Shown: positions 9,938-19,470 of the stretch, one piece after another | Layout: every line of letters starts with the position of its first letter | Numbering within the stretch: the first letter of the stretch is position 1 | Source of the DNA: Candidatus Latescibacterota bacterium | Lineage (GTDB): Bacteria > Latescibacterota > CBDEFO01 | Assembly (NCBI GenBank): GCA_965248755.1 | Contig: OZ252149.1 | Coordinates: 4,352,001-4,416,000, forward strand | Length of the DNA stretch: 64,000 bases | Reading direction: 5' to 3' | Position numbers and translations under genes: made by a program | The notes under the pieces: model-generated | Told to the model about the DNA's origin: nothing | The model's input: only the letters and a program-made list of their open reading frames with translations | Databases searched by the model: none

Positions 9938-10323
9938 GACAATTCGTGCCTGCCACTTGCACCTGCGATATGTAGAAAGACAAAGTAAGGTGGTGTAATT
10001 TGAAAGAGTAGATTCTCGACAAAGTTTGGAAGGAGTAGCGCGTCGGGAAGGCTCATGCTCACGAGCTTTTGTTCCGCCGTGCAGTCCGCTGATATATCAA
10101 TCCTCACAGTCGAGGTCATAGCCATACGACAAGCCTGCCCCGATGCCTTATGTTCGGACATACAACAGCATTTCTGAGCCCAGCATGGAAAAGGTGAGGA
10201 CCCATTCTTCTACAGTTGAAGATTAGCAGATGCTTCCGAAGTCGACAAGAAGACCACAGCGGACATAAACACTGTTTTCAAGGACAAACCCTTAACATCT
10301 GACACTATATGTGTGATCTTCAA
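9934..10323 (-). pseudogene. Possible small secreted Cys-rich protein interrupted by in-frame TAG
   Basis: TTG at 10323 after GGGGG; hydrophobic leader LKTVFMSAVVFLSTSEASA, TAG at 10210-10212, then KNGSSPFPCWAQKCCCM in frame with ORF 9934..10161. Confidence 0.35.
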
Positions 10324-10441
10324 CGAACTTACCCCCTGCCTTTTTGAACAATCTCCCTGTAGAATAATACGAGATTTTCCAAAAATATGCAGGAGGAATC
10401 TTGATCTGTGCGCACAAAATAGGATGGTTTAGAAAGTGGGA

Positions 10442-10642
10442 TTAACCCACTGCGTCCACATTCAGCCCCAAGTCAGTAATACGAGCTGTTCTTGGAGGGA
10501 CTTGGCCTTCACTTACAAGTTTAAGGAGCATTTCTCCCTGAGATTGTACGGAGTCCTTGACCATATTGAGCCTGGCGGCCTCGAACTTTAACGCGGTCTT
10601 CAGTGTACTTAGAGTGTTTAACGTGTCTATTACATCATCCAT
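10442..10642 (-). CDS. Small protein resembling YjfB/putative motility protein family
   Basis: AGGAGG RBS; 66 aa; VKDSVQSQGEMLLKLV...LGLNVDA pattern; sigma-28 promoter upstream. Confidence 0.65.
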   Translation of the reverse strand: MDDVIDTLNTLSTLKTALKFEAARLNMVKDSVQSQGEMLLKLVSEGQVPPRTARITDLGLNVDAVG

Positions 10643-10708
10643 GATCTGTAATCCTCCTATCTTTAAACGGGGCGCTCACGATGAAGAGAATGGTTGTCTC
10701 CGTATTTA

Positions 10709-10735
10709 TTATCGGCGGATCAGAGGCGAACTTTA
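10709..10735 (-). promoter_or_regulatory. Sigma-28 (FliA/SigD) promoter
   Basis: Minus strand TAAA-GTTCGCCTCTGATCC(15)-GCCGATAA, exact consensus. Confidence 0.85.
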
Positions 10736-10763
10736 GATTATCGTCCAAGTCCGACTTCTATTC

Positions 10764-10792
10764 TTGACTTCATATCCATTTCTGTTTATCTT
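10764..10792 (+). promoter_or_regulatory. Putative sigma-70 promoter of selD
   Basis: TTGACT-N17-TATCTT. Confidence 0.5.
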
Positions 10793-10816
10793 TCTAGAAA
10801 TTCTATATGGCTATAA

Positions 10817-10930
10817 GATTGCTTCGAGGTTCGGCACCACGCAATGACGTTGCTTGCCTTTGCCTTGGTCATAGCGACACCAGCCCCCGATTGAATCTAG
10901 CGGGGTCAATCGGTGGGAGCGAAGCAATCT
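10817..10930. repeat. REP-like palindromic element in selD leader
   Basis: Perfect 11-bp inverted ends AGATTGCTTCG/CGAAGCAATCT; inner CGCAATGAC/GTCATAGCG and CCGATTGA/TCAATCGG arms. Confidence 0.7.
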
Positions 10931-10967
10931 CATACTTCCTCGAGTTCTTAAATCAGGAGACACTTTT

Positions 10968-12035
10968 GTGTTGTCGAAGCGGAACAATTCCAGAGAAGAT
11001 ATAAAGAGATTGACAGAGACCGTCAAATGCGGTGGTTGAGCGTCTAAACTGAGCCCGGCGGAGCTGGAGCAAGTTATATCGCAACTGCCAACGATGGAGG
11101 ATGCGAATCTTTTGGTGGGGTTTAATACGGCAGATGACGCTGGGGTTTACAGGGTGGGAGACGACTTGGCGTTGATCCAGACAGTGGACTTCTTTACGCC
11201 AATAGTGGACGATCCTTTTCTCTTCGGTCAGATAGCCGCCGCCAACGCCCTCTCTGATGTCTACGCTATGGGAGGAAAACCAATAACAGCTCTGAATGTG
11301 ATCTGCTTCCCCAATACGACCTTCGACCTGGAGGTTCTCTCGGAGATTATGAAAGGCGGCATGTCCAAAGTAAGCGAAGCTGGCGCCGTTATCCTGGGGG
11401 GACACACTGTTCGAGATGAGGAGCTAAAATACGGTCTTTCGGTCACTGGTGTCGTCTCTCCCGATAAGGTAGTTACCAACGCCTCTGCACGACCGGACGA
11501 CAAGCTTATACTCACCAAACCCCTGGGCACAGGTCTCCTTGCTGACGCCCTCAAAGACGGCAAACTGACCCAAGACGATATATCCGAGGCTTGTCAAGTA
11601 ATGGCAACCCTGAACGCCTCTGCGTCCGATAGGATGGTCGAATTCGGAGCCACTTCCTGCACGGACATAACCGGATACGGTCTTTTGGGACACGCAGCGG
11701 AGATGGCGCAGGCAAGCGAAGTCGGAATGATACTCTACGCATCGAATATACCTTATTTTGATAAGGCATTACGGCTTGCCTCTGCTCCTCTTACCGGGGG
11801 CTCCCGTGATAACCAAAATTTCGCATCCAAGGTCGTAGACATAGACGCATCTGTCCCCCCGGCTATTATCAACCTTATGTTCAACGCCCAGACCTCCGGC
11901 GGACTCCTTATCTCCATATCCCCCGAGACAGCAGAAGACCTTGTGTCAGCACTTATAAAGGACAAAGTTCCCTCCGCCTCAATAATTGGTGAGGTAACAG
12001 ATGAAAAAAAGGTACGTATAACTGTCCTTCCCTAA
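10968..12035 (+). CDS. selD: Selenide, water dikinase (selenoprotein; UGA=Sec at 11037-11039)
   Basis: AGGAGA RBS and GTG start; RLTETVKCGG-U-ASKLSP in frame with DDAGVY, QTVDFFTPIVDDP, ANALSDVYAMGG, TDITGYGLLGH, QTSGGLL. Confidence 0.95.
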
Positions 12036-12088
12036 AGTCAAACCGATACGAAAAGCTGTCCACTGCTCAATTTAAAGGGTCACTGCAA

Positions 12089-13067
12089 TTGATGACAATT
12101 GAAGAGATAATAGATCGGCTACCAAAGCTATCTGCTGTAATGAACGAGACATGGCTGCGCCGGAAATGTGATTGGGGTGAGAATGATAACTGGGATAAGA
12201 AAGAGGAGTTTATCAAACGGAATCTACCTTGGTTCGAGCAGATTGAGAGAGACCTAACTATTCTTGAGAAATATGTAGGCATCAAAAAACTAAAATCTTG
12301 CTATAGCAAAAAACTCCATAACCAGTCTGATACCCAGAAGTTTATTTTCGAAATCCACGGAGCTGCCCTGTTGGCGAAAACTGGTAGGTGTTTGGATCTA
12401 CATGTCCCCCGAGGAGATGAAAGTGGAAAGGACTTCGATGTGAAAGCAGAGATCCGAGGATATACTATTAATGCAGAGTCCAAGACTCGGAAAGACGAAT
12501 CTCTATTTAATCTGCCACCAAAGTTAGTCTTTGAGAGTAAGTCTCAGATAGCAGGTTTTGGTGACATCCTGGATATTCCTGAGTCGAAGGGAATTAAGGG
12601 AATTCAGGATAGACTATGTAAGGGTCTGAGCCAGCTTCCTGATCAAGGATACAATGTCATTATCTTCGGAAGTATAGAGGGGGAACATGATGTCTTAGAG
12701 GATGCGCTCTTTGGCTAGGTGTACGGGGCGCCCTGGCCTAACCGGAAGACTGGGAAGTCTACCTTTCCTCGTGACCCGGTAGGTGCATTCGGTGCTGGCT
12801 CGGTAGGATTCCAGTCTCTTAGTGGAGTCCTTTGGGTCGAATCGCGACAAGGGACTGGTGATAACTTCCTCAGGCGTGACTATGAGATCTACCGGAATCG
12901 TAATGCTCACCTACCTCTTCCTGCTGACGTTATTGAAGCCATCACAACTGTGATGAACTGCTCCTCCTTCTCCTGCTTGCTCCGACAGTGGAAACCTAGA
13001 CGTTATTGAAGCCATCAGAACTGTGATGAACTGCTGGGCTATCCCTGTGGAAGATCAGGATCTTTAA
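12089..13067 (+). pseudogene. PD-(D/E)XK nuclease-like gene with in-frame TAG and 3' duplication/insertion
   Basis: FEIHGAALL...GKDFDVKA...INAESK motif; TAG 12716-12718 followed in frame by 96 codons; C-terminus disrupted by 73-bp insertion. Confidence 0.55.
12926..13035. repeat. Repeat-spacer-repeat (37/36/37 bp), CRISPR-like geometry
   Basis: GACGTTATTGAAGCCATCA(C/G)AACTGTGATGAACTGCT at 12926-12962 and 12999-13035, one mismatch. Confidence 0.9.
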
Positions 13068-13296
13068 GTAGGAGATTTGCGCTCTGGAGTAGCCATGTCG
13101 CAAAGAGTTGAACCAGTTGAACCTCGCTAATGAGAGTAGTATTTTGTTGTGAGCTAAGATTTGCACAACTCCTATTGACATCCAATATTCTATAGCTGAC
13201 CTTTCTGGGTGGTTTTATCAACTTCCTATTACCCTTAATACAACTTCAGGAGGTCCTTTTGGAGAAGTGGGGAGGGGCGCAGGATACGAAAAGTTC

Positions 13297-13325
13297 TTGA
13301 CTTCTTAGAGCGACAAGAGTATATT
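13297..13325 (+). promoter_or_regulatory. Putative sigma-70 promoter of acs
   Basis: TTGACT-N17-TATATT. Confidence 0.6.
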
Positions 13326-13393
13326 TTTTCGTCGATTTTTGGTAGTGGTTGACATTAAACACTTACAGGTAAATGAAGAAGAAAGGTGACATT

Positions 13394-15427
13394 ATGAGCG
13401 AGGAGGAATCTTTAGAGGTTAGCGAAGCGGAAATAGCTGTTCACTGGCCGGAGGAGGCATATTTCCACCCGTCAGCGCAATTTATTGCACAGGCGAATAT
13501 GACTGATCCGGGTATTTATGAACGGTTTAGTTTGGAACATTTTCCTGAATGCTTTAAGGAATACGCCGATATGCTTACCTGGTATGAGTATTGGCATACC
13601 ACACTTGATACGAGCGATGCCCCTTGCTGGAAGTGGTTTGTCGGCGGAAGGATAAATGCGAGCTACAACTGCGTTGACAGACACCTGGAGAAGTATAAGA
13701 ATAAAGCCGCAATTATCTATGTACCGGAACCGGAAGAGGAACCTCACGTGGCCCTAACTTATCAGGAACTATATGTAAGGGTTAATGAGCTTGCTGCGCT
13801 TCTTCGAGACTTTACCGGACTTAAGGCTGGAGATCGCGTGACCCTTCATATGCCGATGGTTCCAGAACTCCCGATCACGATGCTGGCTTGTGCTAGACTC
13901 GGCGTAATTCACTCCGAGGTATATGGAGGATTTAGCGGCAGGGCGTGCGGCGAAAGGATTTGGGACTCTGGAAGTCGTGTCTTGATAACCATTGATGGGT
14001 ACTACCGATCCGGTGATCTCATCGATCACAAAGAGAAGTCTGACACTGCCCTTGGGGTAGCCGAAGAAAAGGGCCAAGCCGTCGATAAAGTCCTGGTTTG
14101 GAGACGTCATCCCGGTAAATATGTCTCAAAGACGCCTATGTTAGAAGGTCGCGATTACTTTATGGACGATGTGCTTTCCGAGTATGCCGGTAGGAGAGTC
14201 GATCCAGTTCCTATGCTCGCTGAAGACCCTCTCTTCATAATGTATACTAGTGGGACAACTGGAAGCCCTAAGGGCTGTCAGCACAGTACAGGTGGCTATT
14301 TAGCCTATGTTACAGGTACGTCAAAATATATCCAGGACATTCATCCGAAGGATGTTTACTGGTGCATGGCGGATATAGGGTGGATCACGGGTCATTCATA
14401 TATTGTTTATGGTCCGCTGTCCCTGGCTGCAACGAGCGTTATGTATGAAGGTGTACCTACTTACCCGGATGCCGGGCGCGCCTGGAGAATCGCCGAGCAG
14501 CTTGATGTAAATATATTCCACACTGCTCCGACCACGATACGGATGTTAAGAAAAGCCGGCCCTGATGAACCCAGGAAGTATAATTACCAGTTCAAGCATA
14601 TGACGACAGTAGGAGAACCCATAGAACCAGAGGTGTGGAAGTGGTATTACGAAGTCGTCGGCAAATGCCAAGCGGTCATTGTTGACACATGGTGGCAGAC
14701 GGAAAATGGAGGATTTCTCTGCAGTACCCTACCGGCTCTTAGACCGATGAAGCCCGGAAGCGCAGGCCCCGGTATGCCGGGTATCCATCCGGTAATCTAC
14801 GATGAGGATGGGAATGAAGTTGAACGGGGAACCGGTAAAGCGGGGAATATATGCATCAGGAACCCGTGGCCAGGGGCATTCCAGACGGTATGGGGAGATA
14901 GAGAGCGGTACGTCTTGCAATATTACCAAAAGTATTGCAAAGATAAGGATAGTAATGACTGGCGTGACTGGCCTTATTTTGCAGGTGATGCCGCCGTGCA
15001 CGCTGAGGATGGATACTATCGAATTCTGGGCAGAATTGACGATGTCATCAATGTTGCCGGTCACCGACTCGGCACTAAGGAGTTAGAATCCGCTTGTCTT
15101 GTTGTCGAGGAAGTGGCAGAGGCATCGGTTGTCCCCCTGGCTGATGAGTTGAAGGGTCGGGTACCTGATATCTATGTGTCTCTTAAGTCCGGTTACGAGC
15201 CCGACACAGGAATAGAAGATAAAGTTACAAAATCTATCGAGGCAGCAATTGGTAAAATAGCCAGACCCAAGCACGTTTACATCGTACCCGATATGCCTAA
15301 GACTCGTTCTGGCAAGATTATGCGCCGTGTCCTGGCGTCTATCTCTAATAGGACAGACATTGGTGATGTAACTACATTAGCTAACCCGGAAATTGTCGAA
15401 GAAATTAGAGAAATGGTTCAAGGGTAA
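13394..15427 (+). CDS. acs: Acetate--CoA ligase
   Basis: YTSGTTGSPKG, WCMADIGWITGHSYIVYGPL, DTWWQTE, PKTRSGKIMRR. Confidence 0.96.
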   Translation: MSEEESLEVSEAEIAVHWPEEAYFHPSAQFIAQANMTDPGIYERFSLEHFPECFKEYADMLTWYEYWHTTLDTSDAPCWKWFVGGRINASYNCVDRHLEKYKNKAAIIYVPEPEEEPHVALTYQELYVRVNELAALLRDFTGLKAGDRVTLHMPMVPELPITMLACARLGVIHSEVYGGFSGRACGERIWDSGSRVLITIDGYYRSGDLIDHKEKSDTALGVAEEKGQAVDKVLVWRRHPGKYVSKTPMLEGRDYFMDDVLSEYAGRRVDPVPMLAEDPLFIMYTSGTTGSPKGCQHSTGGYLAYVTGTSKYIQDIHPKDVYWCMADIGWITGHSYIVYGPLSLAATSVMYEGVPTYPDAGRAWRIAEQLDVNIFHTAPTTIRMLRKAGPDEPRKYNYQFKHMTTVGEPIEPEVWKWYYEVVGKCQAVIVDTWWQTENGGFLCSTLPALRPMKPGSAGPGMPGIHPVIYDEDGNEVERGTGKAGNICIRNPWPGAFQTVWGDRERYVLQYYQKYCKDKDSNDWRDWPYFAGDAAVHAEDGYYRILGRIDDVINVAGHRLGTKELESACLVVEEVAEASVVPLADELKGRVPDIYVSLKSGYEPDTGIEDKVTKSIEAAIGKIARPKHVYIVPDMPKTRSGKIMRRVLASISNRTDIGDVTTLANPEIVEEIREMVQG

Positions 15428-15517
15428 CTTGTCTGCGAAGAGTCGAGTGGCCAGACAGTTTATGTCATTGCTCATCGAAAGGATAACCTTATCAGGTAAA
15501 TACAAAAGAGAACTCAA

Positions 15518-16930
15518 GTGATCCTTTTGAAAGATCGAATAAGGCACATTCACCTTGTGGGCATCTGCGGCACGGCTATGGGAGCCTTAGCCGGGATGCT
15601 CAAATCAGGTGGATATAGAGTCACCGGCTCAGATAGCGTCGTCTATGAGCCTATGAGCACTTTTTTGAGAGCCCTCGAAATCCAGGTTTTTGAGGGCTTT
15701 TGCTCTTCTAACTTGAATCCACCGCCCGATTTAGTCGTCATAGGCAATGTAGTCTCCAGAGGAAACAGGGAGGTCGAAGAGGTTTTAAACAGAAAGATAA
15801 GATACGCCTCTATGCCCGAGGTCATTAAGGACTTCTTCATCAGGGGTAAGCGATCCTTTGTAGTAACCGGGACACATGGAAAGACCACTACGACCTCCCT
15901 TTTGGCCTGGGTCATCGAAAGTTCAGGAAGAGACTCCAGCTTTATGGTCGGCGGTATCCCCTTAAACTTCAACGCCGGATACAAGTTAGGACAAGGAGAG
16001 GACTTCATCATCGAAGGCGACGAATACGACACAGCCTTCTTCGACAAGGGACCCAAATTTCTCCACTATCTTCCCGATGTAGTCATAATCAACGGCATCG
16101 AATTCGACCACGCCGATATATACAGGGATCTCGATCAGATCAAAACTTCCTTCCGACGTCTGATCAACATAATACCCTCAGATGGTCTCCTTGTAGCATC
16201 TGAGGACGATGGGAACGTCTCCCAACTCATTCCCAATGCCTTTTGCCAAGTTAGGACCTTCGGTTTCTCCAAAAATGCCGATTGGAGAGCTGAAAATATG
16301 GACTTTAAGCCTCGTGGCGTATCGTTCGATGTCAGTGGATACGGCAATTTCTTCATACCTCTTATCGGGGAGCACAACGTAAGAAACACACTTGCTGTCA
16401 TTGCTACAGCCGACTTTATAGGACTTTCCCGGGAGCAGATCAAAAGAGGCCTGAGCACTTTCAAAGGTGTAAAGAGACGCCTTGAGATAAGGGGAATTGT
16501 AGATGGGATAACTGTAATAGACGATTTTGCCCATCATCCCACGTCGGTCAAAGAGACTTTGAAAGGGCTCAGAAAATCCAATCCCAAAGTTAGAATATGG
16601 GCACTTTTCGAGCCTGCAAGTGCCACGAACGCAAGGTGCGTATTGGAAGAACGATATAATGAGGCGTTCGACTGTGCTGATAAGATTGTTCTGGCCAAAG
16701 TCCCAAAGCCAGAAAGGGCCGGAGAAGATGAGAAGATGTCTATACAAAGGGTAACAGAAGCCTTGAAAAAAAACGGCAAAGACGCCCTCTATATACCGGA
16801 AGTAGATGATATAGTAGAACATCTTAAAGAGAAGCTGATGGAAGGAGATATTGTGCTTGTAATGACTAACGGGAGCTTCGGTGGAATACACGACAAGATC
16901 CTTAACGTTCTTAAGAGTGTAAAACAATGA
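15518..16930 (+). CDS. mpl: UDP-MurNAc:L-Ala-gamma-D-Glu-meso-DAP ligase
   Basis: HLVGICGTAMGALA, GTHGKTTT, EGDEYDTAFFDKGPKFLHY, DDFAHHPT. Confidence 0.93.
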   Translation: MILLKDRIRHIHLVGICGTAMGALAGMLKSGGYRVTGSDSVVYEPMSTFLRALEIQVFEGFCSSNLNPPPDLVVIGNVVSRGNREVEEVLNRKIRYASMPEVIKDFFIRGKRSFVVTGTHGKTTTTSLLAWVIESSGRDSSFMVGGIPLNFNAGYKLGQGEDFIIEGDEYDTAFFDKGPKFLHYLPDVVIINGIEFDHADIYRDLDQIKTSFRRLINIIPSDGLLVASEDDGNVSQLIPNAFCQVRTFGFSKNADWRAENMDFKPRGVSFDVSGYGNFFIPLIGEHNVRNTLAVIATADFIGLSREQIKRGLSTFKGVKRRLEIRGIVDGITVIDDFAHHPTSVKETLKGLRKSNPKVRIWALFEPASATNARCVLEERYNEAFDCADKIVLAKVPKPERAGEDEKMSIQRVTEALKKNGKDALYIPEVDDIVEHLKEKLMEGDIVLVMTNGSFGGIHDKILNVLKSVKQ

Positions 16931-17853
16931 TACTCAAGCCGCCGCCGCTAGAACCTGAAGATACGATAGGCATCGTCTCCCCTTCGGGAAGAGTGAAAGG
17001 GAAGGATCTCGAAGGCGGGATAGAGTATCTGCAAAAAAGAGGATATAATGTCAAGGTAGGGAAGAGCGCCTACGGGTGGAAGGGGTACTTGGCCGGAGGC
17101 GATGACCAAAGGGCGCAGGATATAAACGATATGTTCTGCGACCCCGAAATTAAAGCTATATTCGCATCCAGGGGTGGGTACGGATCTACCCGAATATTGG
17201 ACAAGATAGACTACGAGCTTATAAGGAGAAATCCCAAGATATTCGTGGGATTTTCAGATACCACAGCCCTTCAGTTGTCTATACTCAAACAGGCAGGGCT
17301 TGTTACCTTTTCAGGAGTTCTCGCAGCTGTGGATATGAAGGATGCAAAGATGGATCGGCTTACTGAAAAGACGTTGTGGGAACTGCTTACGAAAGGAAGG
17401 ATAGATGATATAGAAGGACTGGAAGTTATAAGAGGGGGATGTGCGAAAGGGAAACTTTTGGGCGGTTGTCTTTCAATTATATGTTCCCTTCTGGGGACCG
17501 CCTACCAGCCCGATTTAATGGGGGCCATCCTCTTTCTTGAAGACGTAGACGAAGCGCCCTACCGCATAGATAGGATGTTAACGCAACTCAGTCTGTCCGG
17601 CCTTCTGCAACAAGTTAGCGGGATCATCTTAGGGCAATTTAAAGACTGCTTCGATAGAGATGAATCCTCCGAGGTTGAAGAACTTTCCTTAAAGGACATG
17701 GTAGATGACCTAATGTGCGACCTGAACATCCCCATCCTATCCGATCTTCCCTACGGGCATTTTGCAAGTAGGGTCGTTCTTCCCATGGGCGTAAATGCTA
17801 GGATAGACGGAAATACAGGTAAGTTGGCAATGACTGAGAAAGCAGTAGATTAG
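16927..17853 (+). CDS. ldcA: LD-carboxypeptidase (peptidase S66)
   Basis: RGGYG, GFSDTT, LFLEDV, YGH catalytic motifs; coupled to mpl. Confidence 0.92.
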   Translation: MILKPPPLEPEDTIGIVSPSGRVKGKDLEGGIEYLQKRGYNVKVGKSAYGWKGYLAGGDDQRAQDINDMFCDPEIKAIFASRGGYGSTRILDKIDYELIRRNPKIFVGFSDTTALQLSILKQAGLVTFSGVLAAVDMKDAKMDRLTEKTLWELLTKGRIDDIEGLEVIRGGCAKGKLLGGCLSIICSLLGTAYQPDLMGAILFLEDVDEAPYRIDRMLTQLSLSGLLQQVSGIILGQFKDCFDRDESSEVEELSLKDMVDDLMCDLNIPILSDLPYGHFASRVVLPMGVNARIDGNTGKLAMTEKAVD

Positions 17854-18016
17854 GCAATTTAAAGGAATCACTGCCGAGTTGTGTGCAGTAATTTCAACTG
17901 AGGCAGAACCAGTTCTTTTAAGAGGACATTTGGTCAGAAATCAGCGAAATATCCTGAATGCAGGTGCTCTGTTGTGCAGATGTTTACATAAAAAATTATA
18001 GGAGCTGATAAAATAC

Positions 18017-18045
18017 TTGACAAAGGCCCCTTGATTAACTATATT
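18017..18045 (+). promoter_or_regulatory. Sigma-70 promoter of orphan small RNA
   Basis: TTGACA-N17-TATATT. Confidence 0.75.
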
Positions 18046-18050
18046 CGTAT

Positions 18051-18168
18051 AGAATAACGGTGTGAGACTAACTCCTGCGCCATAGTCCACCTTAGGTGCA
18101 AGTGTCTCATCTCCATTATTCAACAACACTGGTAGCGTGCTGGTTTAGGCTGGCACGCTATTTTATTT
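18051..18168 (+). ncRNA. Candidate stand-alone small RNA (~118 nt), family unknown
   Basis: Between strong promoter and terminator; long interrupted hairpin GAATAA/TTATTC, TGAGAC/GTCTCA, TGCGCC/GGTGCA; no ORF. Confidence 0.6.
18133..18168 (+). terminator. Rho-independent terminator
   Basis: TAGCGTGC...GCACGCTA followed by TTTTATTT. Confidence 0.8.
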
Positions 18169-18335
18169 GATTGCAGTTTAAATGGCCGTTCGCGACAACT
18201 CTGAACATCATTTGTAGTGTCTATTCTGTTTCCCTTATCTCTACCCAGGTGTATTCGTCGTACATATATTTCAGTGGTTTTGCCATATCTTCACTTATGT
18301 GAATCTTAGGGGCTTTCTTTGCGGAAAAGCTATTT

Positions 18336-19457
18336 TCAGGGTTCGATCACGACCTTGATCACATCCTCAGTGCCCGTTATCTTTATTCCTTCCTCTAAAT
18401 CGTCCAATTTCATCTGATGCGTCACGAACTCTTCTAAACGGACATCTGTCTTCTGGAGGAAGGACAGGGCCGTCTTAAACTGCATGGGCGGATACGCCCA
18501 TACGCCTAAGATGTCCACGTCTTTATTGCAGACAACGTGAGGTCTTATTTCAACTCCTCCGGGGTCTGTGTAGTGCCCCAACTCTACCAATTTACCCCCT
18601 CTTCTGACCATGTCCAGACCCTCTTTGAAGGCCCCTGGCACACCCGCGCACTCTATCACAACATCTGCCCCTACTCCTTCTGTCAGTTCTTTCACAGCTT
18701 TCGTGCGCTCTTCTTCTGAAAGCTCTGAGGCGTTTATGGTGTAATCTGCGCCCATCTTCTTTGAAGCTTTCAATCTGTCCTCGCTGAAATCCAAAGCGAT
18801 TATGTTTCCGGCCCCTGTGTGCTTCAGGACGGCCACAACCAGAAGCCCTATCGGCCCGACGCCTATAACAGCGGCACTTTTGCCTATGCCGTAACCCTCG
18901 CCTATATACGGAATCCCAACAGGATACGCCCTCTCCACAGCCCTGGTCGCCACGGCCGCAGGTTCGGTCAGTGCGGCGATATGATCGGGCATATCGTCAG
19001 GTATCTTAAATACATTCGATTTCGAATGCAGATACATAAACTCCGAAAATCCTCCACAAAGATGCGGCTCGCTTTCGCAGTTGGAAAAGCCATATATAGT
19101 TCTGTTGGGACATAGAAAGGGCTTGTGCGGTATATTAACACAGAAATAGCACTTTCCGCATCCTGTCGAACTGGGCGTCGTAGTTATGCGGTCGCCCTCT
19201 ACTAACGGACCGCCTACGACAGTCATAAGGTCGTTTGCCTTTTCTCCTATCGTTTCGACTGTCCCTGTAAGCTCGTGTCCAGGAATAACCGGAAAGTTCA
19301 AAGACGAATGTCCCAGATACATGTGCTTATCGCTCCCGCATATTCCGACTCGGTCGATTCTCAAAAGTATGGAATCGGCCTTTATATCCGGCTTTTTGAA
19401 GTCCTGAATTTCAATATTTCCCGGCTCCACCATAACGGCTGCTCTTACGTTCGACAT
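18336..19457 (-). CDS. Zinc-binding (MDR) alcohol/polyol dehydrogenase
   Basis: GICGSD, GHE, CGKCYFC structural Zn site, GVGPIG NAD motif. Confidence 0.93.
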   Translation of the reverse strand: MSNVRAAVMVEPGNIEIQDFKKPDIKADSILLRIDRVGICGSDKHMYLGHSSLNFPVIPGHELTGTVETIGEKANDLMTVVGGPLVEGDRITTTPSSTGCGKCYFCVNIPHKPFLCPNRTIYGFSNCESEPHLCGGFSEFMYLHSKSNVFKIPDDMPDHIAALTEPAAVATRAVERAYPVGIPYIGEGYGIGKSAAVIGVGPIGLLVVAVLKHTGAGNIIALDFSEDRLKASKKMGADYTINASELSEEERTKAVKELTEGVGADVVIECAGVPGAFKEGLDMVRRGGKLVELGHYTDPGGVEIRPHVVCNKDVDILGVWAYPPMQFKTALSFLQKTDVRLEEFVTHQMKLDDLEEGIKITGTEDVIKVVIEP

Positions 19458-19470
19458 CTTGCAATCCTTT

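Larger units (their letters stand above)
12045..13293. mobile_element. 1.25-kb islet bounded by 11-bp direct repeats
   Basis: GATACGAAAAG at 12045-12055 and 13283-13293, directly after selD stop and directly before the acs -35 box. Confidence 0.6.

Noticed and set aside
12089..13009. Calling the nuclease-like gene a Cas effector
   Set aside because: No RuvC, HNH, HEPN or RAMP motifs recognised and no cas genes in the window
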